Shown in pieces: positions 24,301 through 36,165 of a stretch of 40,582 nucleotides of DNA. Origin of the DNA: Kipferlia bialata (taxonomy: Eukaryota); contig BDIP01000002.1 of assembly GCA_003568945.1 (NCBI GenBank), positions 9,426 through 50,007 on the forward strand, written 5' to 3'. The notes below the pieces were generated by a model. That model ran no database searches. It was not told the origin of the DNA and was given only the letters and a program-made list of their open reading frames with translations. The position numbers and the translations under genes were made by a program. Numbering within the stretch: position 1 is the first letter of the stretch; every line of letters starts with the position of its first letter.

Positions 24301-27300
24301 CAGATACACACTGTCTAGTACCCTAGAGACAGTTCCTAGTGTCGCTGCATATGCCGAAGTGAGTACCTCTACTCTATGGTCAGGGGAGGTGTCTACTGCA
24401 AGTGTCGTTGTCACTGACCAGTACAACAACCCAGTGGCACTTGGTACCACTCTCTCAGCCTCTCTCAGCGATGTTGTGGATACTGCGTCAGAGTGTATCT
24501 GGGTGGACACACAGTACGAGTGTTACGTGACTACACTGGCAGTACCTGGTACCACTGTTGACATATACCTCTGGCATGAGGGCACCTCACTGGGAGGTCA
24601 TACCCTAGACGTCATGGGGAGTATTGACTCGGTGGTAGTTAACCCTGTGTTTGAGTCCGATGAGAGCATTGAGCTGGTCCTCATGAATGCAAGTGGGGCT
24701 GAGATGTCGGTGGACTCTATCAGCGTTGCTGTGGACTCTGGTTACCCAATTGTGGTGACGTGTGATTCCGATTCTGCTTCGTGTAGTGTCCCACTTGCAC
24801 AGTCTCTATCAACTGGATCACACACTGTAGACGTCTCAGTAACCCAGGACGGCTACTCTGATGATGTCGTATCGGCAACCTTCAATGTCTTTGGAGGTAT
24901 TCATAGTGTCGAATCGACCCATCCGACTCTCACTTGTGACGCTGGGGAGGCGGCTACACTTGCTGTATCTCTGCTGGATACTGCCGGTTCCGTTCTACCC
25001 GCCGACTCCTCATACAAGTGCACTGTACAGGCAACAGTCATATCAAGTGACACAACAAGTGGTGAGAGTGTAGACCTGGAAGAGGACTCTGGCGTATACA
25101 GTGCATCCCTGACTCTGTTCTCAGTGGATGACACTAGCATTATGGTGGTTGCAGAGTGCGCTACTGAGTCTCAGAGGTTCACAGACGTGGTGTACCTGGA
25201 GATGCCGCTGGAAGTGACCCCTGGGGATCCGGACCCCTCAGAGTCTGTAGTGTGTCTACAATACCCTGACGGCGCATCCCACTACTGTCTGGATGTCAAT
25301 TCCCACAACGTCACTGCCGGGCAGGGTTTCAGTGTCATCACCCACCTACACGACATCTACGGTAACCACGTGACAAGTGAATACGCTGCTGTCCGTTTAC
25401 TCGTAGACGGGCTGGACAGTGTATCACTAGACACCGTCTATGACACCAATACACAGTCCTTCACACTCGACGTGCTGGGGGAAGACTACACGATCATCCA
25501 GCATCTTGAGGTATCAGTAATGGTGGGAGATATACCCATACGGGTGTTTGACTTGGACATTGTGCCTGAGACTAGTGCTAGTCTTGCAATGTCGACTGTC
25601 AGTGTCAATAGTGGTCAGGACGTTCTGGTGTCTGACAGTGTGTCAGTGTCAGTGGTTCCAAGGGACTCTTATGGCAACCTGATTCACTATGATAGAGTGT
25701 CAGCTGGGTTCCTAAAGAGATCTCTTGCCCATATGGAGCTGGCCTTTGACGGCACTGATACCTACTCGGGTACCCTCTCAGCGCCTCGTATTGCCGGAGA
25801 CATACCCCTCTATATGCACTGCTCTCTCGGCAACCACAGATCCGATCTGGAGGCCACTGTATCAATCCACGCTGGTGATGGGTCTACATTCTGTGTCCAG
25901 TCCCCCACTCATCTCATCGCAAGTACATTCAACGGTATCTCTGTCGCCATACTAGATGAGTATGGCAACGCAAGGGTGGGCGACCACACTCCTCTCTCTG
26001 TTGCATACACAGATGATGTCACAGCTGCTATCCCTTGCGCTGCTGGTGATGACACCTACTCCTGTCTGCTCCCATCGCCACCAGTCAATGTCAGTGTGGC
26101 TACTGTGTATGCCTGGTATAACTCCAGTGCCCTTGGTGAACACTCTATGCGGATCGTTGGAGCTACTCCTGACAGTGAGTACTCAATTGTCTCACCTAGT
26201 TCTGCAGTTGCAGGGTCGGCCGTCCAGGTCCACGTGTCTCTATTCGCCAATGGTGGTGTCAGGGTACTCAGTGGGAACTTGGAGCAAGACGTCTCTCTGC
26301 AGTGGGGAGAGTCGTCTTCAGACGCTGTGCCGGCTACGTATAGTGCCACCTCCCAGGCCTGGGTGTGTGGCCTTACAGCTCCAACAACCTCTGGGGCCCA
26401 GTCTCTCAACGTCTATCTGAATGGGACCCTCTTCCTGACTCATTCAGTGGAGGTAGAGGACATGGTGCCGGACGCCACTCGATCCACTATGTCTCCTTCC
26501 ATTGCACCCACTGACAGCGCCCAAACCTACACGATATCACTGCGGAATGACCTGGGATCCTCCATCAGAACCACCTCTACCACCGTCTCTGTCGGATGGG
26601 AGGATGGGACTCAGACCCTTGCTTCCCTTGACAGTCAGAGTGGTTCATACACTGTATCCCTACCGGCACCTGATACTGTTGGACCCTCAATACTGGAGGT
26701 ATACTGTGACGGAGCCTATCTGATGAGTCACACTGTTGTAGCCTTTGCGCCTGTTCTCTCGTTCGAGAGTGATCCAGTCACAGAGATCACTGATCACGCC
26801 GAGTATGGGTATGGTAATGTAGTGGCTACATCAGATAACTGGAAGGCAGTCTCTGCTCCCACTGACGGCCTAGTAGACAGAGGCGTCGTCTACTTCTACG
26901 CGGCGGGTACCACTGATGTATCACTCTCACAGGTGGTATATGCCGACCAGCCCTCGGAGAGCGGACTCTTTGGCTACGCGATGTGTCTGACAGAAGCAGA
27001 TGACGGGTCAGGTATCGCGTACATTGGGCACCCTGGTGTGGAAGCAGTGGAGGTCTACCAAGAGACTGACGGTGTATGGAACTACACGAGAACAGTTGAG
27101 GCACCAGATGGTACTGAGGGTGATGGGTTCGGTAGTAGTGTAGCATGTTCCGGAACCAGACTGCTAGTCGGTGCACCTAATACATACTCATCTCTGGTGT
27201 CGGAGTCTGGTGCTGCATTTATGTACTCATGCACTGATGGTGTGTGTGAGTATGCACAGAGGCTCCAGGCTAGTGTGCCTACTGCTGAGGCACACCTAGG

Positions 27301-28960
27301 GTCCAAGGTTGCTCTGTCTGGCGATGTTGCTGTACTGACAACATCTGAAGATACTGGCTCTGAGACTCTAGTGTATGAGTATGCTTCTGCGTTGTCCCAG
27401 TGGGAACTGTCTGCCTCAATACCCTATGGCGGTGGGGACATTGCCGTGTCCGATGGGATACTAGCCATAGCCTCGGCAGAGTTTGACAGTGGGTTTGGAG
27501 TCTTCTCTGCAGACACTGAGTGGGGGACAGTAGGCTATGTCTCTGAGGAGAGTGTCGATGAGTCCAGTCCCAGCCTTGACTACTCTTCAAAGAGTGTGAC
27601 TACCCAGACTACAACTCTATCCCTTGCAGGTGGTACCTTAGTCGTAGCGAGCAGTGACTCCTCACACGTCTCTGGTTCCGTTACTGCTTACACCCTTGAT
27701 GACTCCTCAGGTGTGTTTGTGGGAACCTCCCCCATTATTACCTCCACCCGTGCCCCAGCCTCTGTTTCCCTCGACAACAACGGTAACCTGGTCGTTGGTA
27801 GCTACTCTGCTGCTGGTTTTGGGTTGAGTCAGTTCAACCTGGCCACCCCTGCTGCTCTAGTCTTTGATGGGGCACAAGGTGCATATGTGCAGGGCACCCC
27901 CAATGTGGAGCTTAGCTACCACTTCATGGATACACTAGGGGGTAGTGTGCCCTTGAACGACGGTGTGTCACTAACTGTAGGGGATAGCTTGGTGAACGGA
28001 GTGAAGGACGGTTCGCTAGTGCGATACACATCTACAGTTGATATCCCTGTCACTGTGGGTCCCAACTCCATTGTGGCCAAGCCGGCCTCAGATGCTGATC
28101 TACTAGTAGGTGGTATGATGGTGACAGTAGGCCCTGCCTCTCCAGATACATCAGAGGTGCTAACAGACACAGCTGTAGCTGGCACTGCCACACCCCTAAG
28201 TGCAGTGCTCAAGTCAGCCTATGGGGATGTGAACGATATACCACAGGACGTGAGTATAGCATGGACCAACGAGGATGGCACAGTAACATCAGTAGCATCC
28301 ATTGACTCTGACACCGGTGAGTACACTGCAGTGCTGTCAGGTGGCACCAGGGCAGGTCTAGCCAGTGTAGTAGTGTCTGTTGGTGACGACCCAGTCTTCA
28401 TGACCAAGTCCATATCCATTCTCCCAGACTCCCCCCATCCAGCTTCATCCTCTGTCACTCTACCAGAGACCGTATCCTCTGATGCCACTGTACCCTTTGA
28501 CACACATGTCCTAGACCAGTATGGCAATGTTTGTGATGGCCGGTCTGTCACAGTCATGATGAACAGCATGGAGACAGCAGAGGCAGAGTGGAACGAGGAG
28601 ACACAGTCCTACGTCGCCATGGTGACCCTACCTACTGAGGGAGAGACCGACTTCCAGGTGCTAGTAGATGGGGAGGCCCTCCTCTCAGTCAATGTCTCTG
28701 TCGATGGGTATCCATTGGAGGCATACATTGCTGTGGGCATGCTGGGTATCGGCCTCTGTGGTCTATCCGTGGCATGGGTGTTCTCCAAGTGCTCAAGGAA
28801 GGACACCAAGCTCGAGCTCTTGAACTTCGAGCCAGATGTGACTGTGATGTCTGTTGTACAGCAGCCCAGGCATGCTGCATTCAACACCGACCCAAGGAAC
28901 CAGGGGCACGGACTGGGAAGAGGGTTCACATTTGATTACGAACTGAAGAATGCGAGCTAG
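11740..28960 (+). CDS. Giant type-I membrane adhesin-like protein (FG-GAP propellers plus filamin/invasin-like Ig repeats), about 4,774 aa, with one -1 frameshift near 19445
   Basis: Signal peptide MRISLVLWCLILLLLALLTAA. Exons 11740-12081, 12617-12739, 13390-13509, 14051-14180, 14432-14856, 14953-15004, 15218-15265, 15424-15486, 15694-15889, 16008-16414 and 16543-28960 are phase-consistent. The ORF-track entries 16464-19514 and 19490-28960 are consecutive parts of one repeat array. It has recurrent D-x-[YF]-G-N motifs, FG-GAP blades (FGYHVSV..LAVSDP; GFGSSVACSGTRLLVGAP), a TM helix at 28721-28783 and a ~58-aa tail. Confidence 0.88.
12255..13960 (+). repeat. Intronic tandem 'echo' copies of exon ends plus splice sites in introns 1-3 of the giant gene
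   Basis: The exon-2 start is echoed at ~12262, ~12300, ~12430 and ~12510, and its end at ~12798-12866 and ~12918-12960. The exon-3 start is echoed at ~13205 and ~13290. Its end (..GAGTGCACATTGACTGTACAG|GT) is echoed four times, ending at ~13621, 13721, 13833 and 13953. Confidence 0.9.
16900..26150 (+). repeat. Six diverged coding super-repeats of about 1,540 bp (~513 aa), each with about five Ig-like modules
   Basis: Homologous anchors AEADPAACSV (~17530), AHASSEESYV (~19060), AAVDTESCIV (~20610), SAVDPASTDV (~22150), SEVDAFSSGY (~23690) and GDPDPSESVV (~25220). Each is followed by 'AG..V...D.yGN' and 'D.fGN.I.YDSV'. Boundaries are approximate. Confidence 0.8.
26760..27840 (+). other. Second FG-GAP (integrin-alpha-type) beta-propeller domain within the giant protein
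   Basis: Blades YGYGNVVATS..AVSAP..GVVYFY, LFGYAMCL..YIGHP..VEVY, GFGSSVACSG..LVGAP..GAAFMY and HLGSKVALSG. Confidence 0.75.
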
Positions 28961-29289
28961 TAATCTATACACCGAGGTGGTCTTTATCCAACTTACTTAC
29001 TTTTCTCAAGAATCTGATGAACGTATTCATGTGACGGAAACAGATTTGGTTCTCGTGAGACTGCGTTTGTATGTTCTTTCTGAATAGAGCTCAACAGATA
29101 ATAGTATCTCAGACTAACTGGACTCAGAGTTATGTCTGAGAATCAATTGAGAGATGAAAGCATCCGTCTCATCCTCCAACCCTTTTGTGAATCTGTCTTT
29201 TAACCCTTTCTACAACGTGTTTTTGCCACCATTTACCCGATGAACGAGGACTCCAACAGTACCCTCTTCTGTCTTCTCGCATATCCTAC

Positions 29290-29668
29290 ATGCGAGACCT
29301 CAGAGTGTGCTCCGTCATGCTATGTCTAGCAGTGCTCTTGTGCACTGTGCTAGGGCTGAGTGTTGATGGGATGGCAGACATACCAGACTACGTGGCCACT
29401 CCTGTATCAGGTATACAGATGCACTCTCCTATTTTTTTATCTATACATGCACTGGCGTTATAACTATCCTTTAGCTTGCAGTGTACATATAGAAAGGTCT
29501 GGATATTCAGTTCCCCAGTTATTCCGTTGTCTCATATATATCTAGGCAGTCTATAGACTGTACAATGATAGTGGAGACAGTCATGCTATATGTTTTCTAC
29601 CACTGATCCTAGGCTACATGCACACCAAGTGGGAGGGAGAAGGGACACCTGGGGAGGGAGTGGTACAG
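29290..29668 (+). CDS. Secreted or membrane hypothetical protein, 5' part only (runs into the assembly gap)
   Basis: ATG at 29290, MRDLRVCSVMLCLAVLLCTVLG (signal-like), donor at 29411. The next phase-compatible exon is ~29613-29668 (GYMHTKWEGEGTPGEGVVQ). Confidence 0.5.
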
Positions 29669-29884
29669 GTGGGTTGGATATACATGTACAGATGTGTGTT
29701 GTGTGGGTGTACAGCTCTGGTCTCTGTTCGTCAATACAATGCGTGTAGACCTTACTCTCCTCACTATATGACCTGATATTGTATACCAATATATACTATC
29801 TCCCTGTATTATGTATCTTAAAGCCGAAGGTAATATTGAGAGCACCCCCCCCCCCCCCCCCCCCCCCTCTCCCCCCCCCTCTTT

Positions 29885-30784
29885 NNNNNNNNNNNNNNNN
29901 NNNNNNNNNNNNNNNNNNNNNNNNNNNNNNNNNNNNNNNNNNNNNNNNNNNNNNNNNNNNNNNNNNNNNNNNNNNNNNNNNNNNNNNNNNNNNNNNNNNN
30001 NNNNNNNNNNNNNNNNNNNNNNNNNNNNNNNNNNNNNNNNNNNNNNNNNNNNNNNNNNNNNNNNNNNNNNNNNNNNNNNNNNNNNNNNNNNNNNNNNNNN
30101 NNNNNNNNNNNNNNNNNNNNNNNNNNNNNNNNNNNNNNNNNNNNNNNNNNNNNNNNNNNNNNNNNNNNNNNNNNNNNNNNNNNNNNNNNNNNNNNNNNNN
30201 NNNNNNNNNNNNNNNNNNNNNNNNNNNNNNNNNNNNNNNNNNNNNNNNNNNNNNNNNNNNNNNNNNNNNNNNNNNNNNNNNNNNNNNNNNNNNNNNNNNN
30301 NNNNNNNNNNNNNNNNNNNNNNNNNNNNNNNNNNNNNNNNNNNNNNNNNNNNNNNNNNNNNNNNNNNNNNNNNNNNNNNNNNNNNNNNNNNNNNNNNNNN
30401 NNNNNNNNNNNNNNNNNNNNNNNNNNNNNNNNNNNNNNNNNNNNNNNNNNNNNNNNNNNNNNNNNNNNNNNNNNNNNNNNNNNNNNNNNNNNNNNNNNNN
30501 NNNNNNNNNNNNNNNNNNNNNNNNNNNNNNNNNNNNNNNNNNNNNNNNNNNNNNNNNNNNNNNNNNNNNNNNNNNNNNNNNNNNNNNNNNNNNNNNNNNN
30601 NNNNNNNNNNNNNNNNNNNNNNNNNNNNNNNNNNNNNNNNNNNNNNNNNNNNNNNNNNNNNNNNNNNNNNNNNNNNNNNNNNNNNNNNNNNNNNNNNNNN
30701 NNNNNNNNNNNNNNNNNNNNNNNNNNNNNNNNNNNNNNNNNNNNNNNNNNNNNNNNNNNNNNNNNNNNNNNNNNNNNNNNNNNN
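29885..30784. other. Assembly gap (N run) flanked by poly-C
   Basis: About 900 N characters. Confidence 0.99.
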
Positions 30785-30889
30785 GTGTGTACTGAGGGGT
30801 TCTTCCCCCCTTTCCCCCCCCCCCCCCCCCTCCCCCTCCCCTTCCTTCTCTCACTGCTCCTATCTATACATTGATCCCACTCACCCTAG

Positions 30890-32474
30890 GCCAGGCTGAA
30901 GCGCATCGTGTATGAGGACCAGGACATAGGGAGGGTGAAGAAGGACACCCTGTATGCAGCCGGTGTGGTTGTGTCTGCATTCATAGTGGACATGGGAAGG
31001 AGGTGAGACGTGTCTGTTCTCTCTCTCCCTCTCTCCTACTGTCACTCTATCACCTCTCCTCACCCTCTAGGTCTGGTGACATCGTGGCCCAGAAACTCAA
31101 GGAGAACCCTAATGCTCTGAATGCTGTGACACCAGATGTGGTGAAGCAGGTATCAATGTCTCATTATCATAGCATGTGATAGTGCCACTTAGTGTACTCA
31201 TTTCCTCTCTGAGCCTCTGACCCCAGGCCATTGAGGAGTCACCCCTGGCAGAGACACTGGCAAGGGTGTTCACAGACAGGTGGGGTGGAGAGTATAACAT
31301 ATTGTCCACTACTGCCCCGTACGCTGTCACGTCTCGCATACATTGTTTGCATACAGTATATGTGAGTCTCAACAGGAGTCTCCCTATCTGCCCCTCTGAT
31401 ACTAGGGCTGCGACCGATGAGCCTCAGGCTGAGGCTGAAGGTGCCGTCCCCCCAGCTGCCCCTTTACCCAGTCAGGTCAAGAAGGAGAGAGAAGGCAAGA
31501 GTGAGGTCAAGACAGAGGCAGGGGCTGCTGAGGCTAAGACTGAACGAAAGCCAGCCCCCAAGAGACAGGTGCTGAAGGGAGGGGACCCCACCCTGTCTGC
31601 CCTCGATGCCTGTCAGGCTGTGGATGGTACAGCCTCTCAGGCCAGGGTCAAGGGGGAGGCAGTGATGGGGGGGCGGGGGAGAGAGGGTGTGAAGGAGGAG
31701 GAGATTCTAGGGGAGGGGGAGAGAGATGTTGTGGTCAAGAAGGAGCCCCGGTCAGTCAAGGCGCAGGGTACTAAGAGGCCTGCAGCCAAGACCACCCCTG
31801 TACCGATGGGTCTACCCCTAGGCAAGGCAGTGCCACCCAGCAAGGGGGGGCTGCCAGGGTTCATGGCACAGACTAAGGGTGTGAGCAAAGGTGTGAGTAG
31901 GCCAAAGGCCAAGGGTGGGCAGCCCCCTCCCCCCTCTGGCCTGCCTGGCTTCATAGGGCAGGGGGTGCCTAAGGTGAAGGTGGAGAAGAAGACACCCACC
32001 AAGGGTAAGAGGCGGAGGCAGAGAGAGAGGGAGGGCGGGTCCAAGGGGCCAGTGTCGAAGAGGAGACCAGAGGCAGAAGAGAGCCCCTCTGCCTCCCTGT
32101 CTCTCTCTGCCCAGGCCGGGTTGAGTGTACCCACCCCCCAGGGTCTGTCTCTGAGTGTGTGTCCTCTATCGGATGAGGCGGCTAGGGATGGACAGGGGCA
32201 GGGGGAGATGTACACCAGTCCCATATCCCTAGGCACTCCCCTTGGGTCTAAAGGACTACTTGTGACACCCACCCCACTCTCTGTCTCCTTGCCAGCCTCC
32301 ACAGGCACACCCCCACTCAACCTGAGGGTACCATCCCCTGCCCCTGCCACCCCCTCCCTCTCCATCTCTCTCTCCCTCCCTGTCCACACGAGTGAGGTAC
32401 CGGAGCAGGAGGGGGAGGAGACACCGGGCACTGCCACTCGTAACCCCTTACCCACTATCAACCTTGGGTTCTAG
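30890..32474 (+). CDS. DRAP1: Histone-fold protein, NC2alpha/DRAP1(Bur6)-like, with a long low-complexity C-terminus (start lies in the gap)
   Basis: Spliced sequence ARLKRIVYEDQDIGRVKKDTLYAAGVVVSAFIVDMGRR|SGDIVAQK..NAVTPDVVKQ|AIEESPLAETLARV resembles the NC2alpha pattern ARIKKIMQxDEEIGKV...TxxHLKQxI. The final exon ~31405-32474 is K/G/P/S-rich. NF-YC or POLE4-type paralogues are not excluded. Confidence 0.6.
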
Positions 32475-32694
32475 GGGGAGGGTCTGGTGCTGATGTTTTG
32501 TGCATTTCCCAAGTCTTGGCTACTGCTGTTCCAGGGTATTTCATTACTAGTGTCTTCCTTACAACGGCTGCTGAATACCACTAGCCTATTTCTATGTGTA
32601 TTTGTGACCGATTCTCTTTCAACCAGAATAGATGATTCGACACAACCAAGGTCTATTATAGTTATAGCATAGTCCTCTCTCTCTCTCTCTCTCC

Positions 32695-34797
32695 CTATGT
32701 TCTCTTCTTGAGCACCCTGAGTGTGATGAGGGTGGCTATCACCACAGACAGCAGAATGGCAAAGCCTATGCCTGGGGTGAGACCTTACCATATATCCACA
32801 CCCACAATAGAATAATAATGTGGTATATATATACCCCTACCTAGCACTATAAGTGTGTTTGTCGACACTGGTATGTCCAGCGTCCTGTAGTACAGTGTCT
32901 GGTCAAGGTCTGAGAGCAAGGCAGCGGCAGTCACGTCGTAGCCCTAGAGAGTGAGAGAGTGAGAGGAAGGATAAGGGGAGACTCTAGACCTAGACCATAT
33001 GTATATATATGTATGCAGATATTTGAATGCCCACACCTGGTTGCTGTAGTCATTGGACGGATCTTCTGCCCTGTATCCATCGAAGCACTCTAACAGGGTG
33101 TTGAGGGAGGGGACGGACTCAGAGTCTAGGTCAAAGCCTGAGTATGGGGGGAAAGTATTGAAGAGAACTCGACCTACTAAATATCGCTTGTTGCACTACA
33201 ACTGTCAATAAACACATGATATGAGAAACATACTATACAGGGTCCCTACTACGATCTATATGTATAAATATATACACAAACCTGTCAATGGGCACATCAG
33301 CACTCCCAGAGCATTGTCCAGAGGGGGATTGACCCTGGGGGTTAGAGATATGGTACCACTATCCACTATCACAACAGACAGTGACTACACCCCCCCCACC
33401 TGATGCCGGCCAGTGCCTCCAGGACATAGTCTGTGAAGTCTGAGTTGATGCCGTCAGAGTATGTGGAGGTCTCCTTCCGCCAGTGCGTGGTGCACAGAGA
33501 GCCTGGGGGGTGAGAGAAAGTGTGTATGTGCGTGTGTGTGAGAGAGAGAGAGAGGAGTAGAGTACCTGAGAACCCTGCCTCGAGACAGGACAGCTCCATG
33601 AGGGGCTCGGTCAGATCCTGAGCGGGAGAGAGAGGGAGAGAGTGGGGAGCCAGGTGCTATGAGTGTATCACTCTACATCCTTACCTCCAGATAGAGCCCG
33701 ACCTCGGTCTCCCAGTCAGCACAGCCCTGGGGGGTAAGGGGCGGCAGGGCCACACACAATATACATGTATATAGATAAAAATATATGTACTTATACACAC
33801 ACATATCCAGTACCTCCCTTATGGCCGCTGCTAGGCTAGACTGTATCATGAACTGTATCCCGTCCTGGGTGTCTATGTACCCAGAGCCAGAAGGGTCACA
33901 CGCAGCACAGATGGCACCTGGCATAAGTAGAAGAAGGAGACAGAGAGTGAGGGATAGTCTTATGAATAGTCTTCTTCAAAGTGGGTCTGTACCTGCATAG
34001 TAGGACAGGAGCACATCTGCGCACTGCCCTATGCCCTTGGACAGCTTGAACAGATGGTCATCAACCACACCCAGGACAGCGGCAAGGGCAGTCTGGGGGG
34101 AGGGGGGGGAGAGAGAGAGAGAGAGAACAAGCCACAGAGCAAGCGACGGCAAGATCTATGAAGTGTAGGAATAGCCTCTACCTTTGTCTGGCTGGTCCCG
34201 CTCTGCAGTGCAGCCAATAGGTAGTCCAACTCATTCTGGGCACTGCCATTCTACATATGAGACATGTGGACAGATACATATACAATCAGTTATTGTCAAT
34301 AACCTAGAATGACAATAATGGATCAAAAGTAGAAGAGAGTGAGGATAGAGAGTGTCACCTAGACTCTCCCTCACACCAGTATAGTACCTGCAGCATATCC
34401 ACTGTGAGCTGGGCCTTGGTGCGGAAGGCAACATACTGAGACTCAAGGGTCTATGAGGTTAGGGAGATGACAGACATGGGGAGAGGGAGGGAGACTGCAG
34501 CGGAGGTGGAGGGGAGCGGGGGAGGGTTGATAGAGAGAACTCACCCTGAAGTTTGCGGCACTGCAGCAGGAGGGAGACCCATTGAGGGCAGGGCACAGGG
34601 CTGATGTGACCTAAGTGTCAGTGACAGAGAGGGAATATAATAATTGTCAAAGAGAGACAGAATCCGCCCACCTGCTCTGGGTAGAGAGTGGCACCACCCC
34701 CACTCCAGAAGTCATTGTCGTCACACTGTGTGGCATACACCCCCACCACACCCATCAGCAGACAGAGTGACACAGCCACCCACGTCACTGGAGGCAT
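32695..34797 (-). CDS. Cys-rich type-I membrane protein (folate-receptor/NPC1-NTD-like Cys pattern), 13 exons
   Basis: Signal MPPVTWVAVSLCLLMGVVGVYA; motifs LCPALNGSPSCCS, QCADVLLSYYAGAICAACDP and GCADW; C-terminal TM LIVLGIGFAILLSVVIATLITL followed by RVLKKRT*. All junction phases are consistent. The fold call is inference. Confidence 0.75.
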
Positions 34798-35181
34798 CGT
34801 ATACAGAGCCTATGACAGGGGAAGTAGCGTGGGAGAGGGGCTACCCACGGGTACTCTGGGGTATCTCGCTCTAAGCAACGGTAGTTACTGTGTGTTTCCT
34901 GCAAGATCCTCCCTAGGACACCTAGTAAGAGAGGTATAGGGTAGAGGCACTCAGTCCTTGACCCTGACCAGAGCGTTTGAATGGTTTGTTCTCTAGTCAC
35001 ACTCAGACTTAACCCTCCAACATCCTCTCTATTGCCTCAGTGGAACCTAGAAGGCATATAGTCTGAGATCAGCACGGGGAGTTTCTATAGCAGGAGCCAA
35101 GGTTGTGTCTTGGACCGTCTTGGGCCACACTAAGAACACCTGAGCGTAGCAGACAATCAGATAGGGACACATAGATAGGCA

Positions 35182-35612
35182 ATGAAGAAGAGTGTCCTTG
35201 GCCTGTTGACACTCCTAGTCCTGGCCGCTGTCATAACGGGAGTTGTTCTGCTGTGTGTGGCACTCTTTGGGAATGTATGTCCTACCTTCTCTCCATAGTC
35301 TGTCATTAGTATGACCGAGGCACTATCTTGTTAATACTCTTGTCAATCCTCCTGATCCTCCCCCCTCTCCCCCCCAGGATGACCCGTACTACTACACCAT
35401 GTCCTGTCCCAATGGGGGTGACAGACCCATCCCACAGAGCTCGGTGGCGGCATTTGTGTGTCCATACTATGAGGATCAGTTAGGTATACCTGTCATCCTG
35501 CTACTGTCGAACAACCACTCCCTCTAGGGTAGTTATTCACCTGCATGTGAATCTCTTCACTCTGTCACTCTTCTCCCTCCCATCTCCACTCTCCGTCCAA
35601 CCCATGGAACAA

Positions 35613-35654
<42 letters not shown>

Positions 35655-36071
35655 TCCCAGGCTGTTATGACACTGAGGCGTACACCTCCTTTGTCTCTGG
35701 GTTCTTCTCAGAGGTCAAGACACTCATGTACACACTCGAGGAGTTGGGTACGTCTCTCTTACATCTCTCTGGACATATCCCTCTCTCTTACTCCCTCTCT
35801 GACCCCTCCTAGGCCGTGGAGACATGGCCTCTGCCTTTGGACACTACATCGACAGTGCATGTGCGGACCTCTCAAGTGAGTGCCTGTGGCTGAGTATAGA
35901 TCACAGTCTGTCCTGTACCTCTTTTCCACCTTATAGTGTGTATTGATATTTACAAGTATATTATATCTTATATATGTATCCCTTACCCCAGGTGAGGCCT
36001 GTACCGCAGGGCAGGAGGTGGCAAAGCAGTACGGGTACGGGGCTAGTTGTACTTATCAGCCAGTATTCTGA
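35182..36071 (+). CDS. Small Cys-containing secreted or signal-anchored hypothetical protein, 5 exons
   Basis: MKKSVLGLLTLLVLAAVITGVVLLCVALFGN|DDPYYYTMSCPNGG..|GCYDTEAY..|GRGDMASAF..|SEACTAG..CTYQPVF*. Phases are consistent. Confidence 0.75.
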
Positions 36072-36165
36072 TACTCTCCTCAGCTAGTATATTGAGATAG
36101 GCCTGAACGTTCATCTATCCTATTCTCCTAACCCCAGCAAGCACGCCGACAACATCTTCAGAAAG

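Noticed and set aside
17504..28929. Many antisense ORFs (for example 20443-21093 and 23959-24510), and also 31637-32461
   Set aside because: They are shadows of the biased codon usage on the coding strand and have no independent features.
28721..28960. True integrin alpha or beta orthologue
   Set aside because: There is no GFFKR juxtamembrane motif and no NPxY, and the architecture is very different. Only the FG-GAP blades are shared.
29779..30899. Long ORFs of 338-362 aa in the ORF track
   Set aside because: They are artefacts of translating the N gap and the poly-C flanks. The same applies to 36158-36746.
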